Origin: Anolis carolinensis
Lineage: Eukaryota
Direction of reading: 5' to 3'
NCBI RefSeq assembly: GCF_035594765.1
Contig: NC_085842.1
Coordinates: forward strand, 130,585,036-130,649,035
Length of the DNA stretch: 64,000 nt
The notes under the pieces: generated by a model
What the model saw: only the letters and a program-made list of their open reading frames with translations
The model's database searches: none
Told to the model about the DNA's origin: nothing
Program-made: the position numbers and the translations under genes
In this document: one piece after another, positions 62,850 to 64,000 of the stretch
Position numbering within the stretch: position 1 is the first letter of the stretch
How the letters are laid out: each line of letters starts with the position of its first letter

Positions 62850-64000
62850 GCAAAAACTATTGACTTGTAATTGTTTAAAAAAAAACAGTTTTCCAACAAA
62901 CTAAAAAGAGAAAAACAGAAAAATATAATTACAACAATTGAAGAAAATGGTCAGGAAATCACGGGAAATGCAAATATACAAAAAATCTTTATAAAGCATT
63001 ATCAAAACTTCTATAAAATACAATCTGTTCATCATGATGAATTATAGATCTTAAGAAGTCCAATTTAACCACCATTACAAAAGAAGATCAAGAGTTGTTA
63101 AATAGCCCTATAACTATGCACGACATCACAACAGCCATTAAAAATCCAAAAAATGACAAAGCCCCTGGCCCAGATGGGTTTACAACTATTTTCTACAAAA
63201 AAATGGAAGATGCTCTAACTCCTCAACTATATAAAATAATCAATGAGGCTTCACAAAATGGAGTGATTCCCAATTCATGGAAAGAAGCTAACATTACTTT
63301 AATCCCAAAGGAAGGCCATGATACAAAAAAAGACTCAAAACTATAGACCCATCTGTCTGTTAGACACAGCTTACAAATTATTTATAGCCATATTGGCCAA
63401 CAGGTTAAAAAAAATACTAAGAACTTGGATAAATATGGACCAAGCAGTTTTTTTGCCTGGTAGACAAACTAAAGACAATATGAGAATGATAATTAACCTA
63501 ATTTAATTTTTACAATCCAATAGAAACAAACAGGCAACCTTTATATATTTACAAGTTAAAAAAAACATTCAATAAGATTCACTGAAAATTCATAGAGGAG
63601 GCTTTAAAAATGATAAACTGCGGAAACTAATTTCTTAATGGAGTAAAGAGCATTTACTCCAATCAAAGGGCTACAGTAAAACTCAATGATGAGTACTTGG
63701 ATCCCTTTCCAATCCAGAGGGGAGTTAGGCAAGGCTGTTCACATGCCCCCATTATTTTTTCTTGCAATAGAAATCTTGGCTAATAAAATTAGAGATTCTG
63801 AAAAAATCCAGGCATAATTGTCAAATAAGAAACATTTAAAATAAGACTCTTTGTAGAAAATGTGGTCCTAATGATAGAAAAGCCTCTCAAATCCATATCT
63901 AGAATGATAAAAAAATAGTTGAAGAATTTGGAAGATATGCTGGCTTCACCATAAATAAAACCAAAACCAAAATTCTAACTAAAAATATAATCTCAAAAGA
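62850..64000 (+). mobile_element. Degenerate L1/Tx1-clade LINE ORF2 (RT) fragment
   Basis: KAPGPDGFT..., YRPICLLDTAYKLF..ILANRLK, GVRQGC motifs with frameshifts and stops; antisense within a PCYT2 intron. Confidence 0.88.

Overview
Vertebrate genomic DNA, most likely a squamate such as an Anolis lizard (inferred from the Sauria-type SINEs, abundant Penelope, hAT and mariner MITEs, CR1 and DIRS). The gene order matches the known amniote block ARHGDIA-ALYREF-ANAPC11-NPB-PCYT2. Present are a CpG-island promoter and non-coding first exon (minus strand, probably ARHGDIA), complete ALYREF (6 exons, minus, 256 aa), complete ANAPC11 (plus, 84 aa, divergent from ALYREF), complete neuropeptide B precursor NPB (2 exons, plus, 161 aa) and the last three exons of PCYT2 (minus). 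The rest is dense in transposons. Most notable: (1) a 1058-bp hAT-type element in ALYREF intron 2 built from nested palindromes with arm-mirrored substitutions and arrays of NRF1/ETS/GC-box motifs; (2) about a dozen Penelope terminal repeats carrying minimal hammerhead ribozyme motifs, three with intact cores, including a perfect 234-bp palindrome holding two mirror-image hammerheads and one sense copy in the probable ANAPC11 intron 1; (3) a deleted ERV1-like provirus with an Arg-like PBS, a nested CR1 and a 3' LTR reduced to roughly U5; (4) a deleted DIRS element in the last PCYT2 intron. Coordinates were counted by hand, and repeat boundaries are approximate unless a TSD is quoted.
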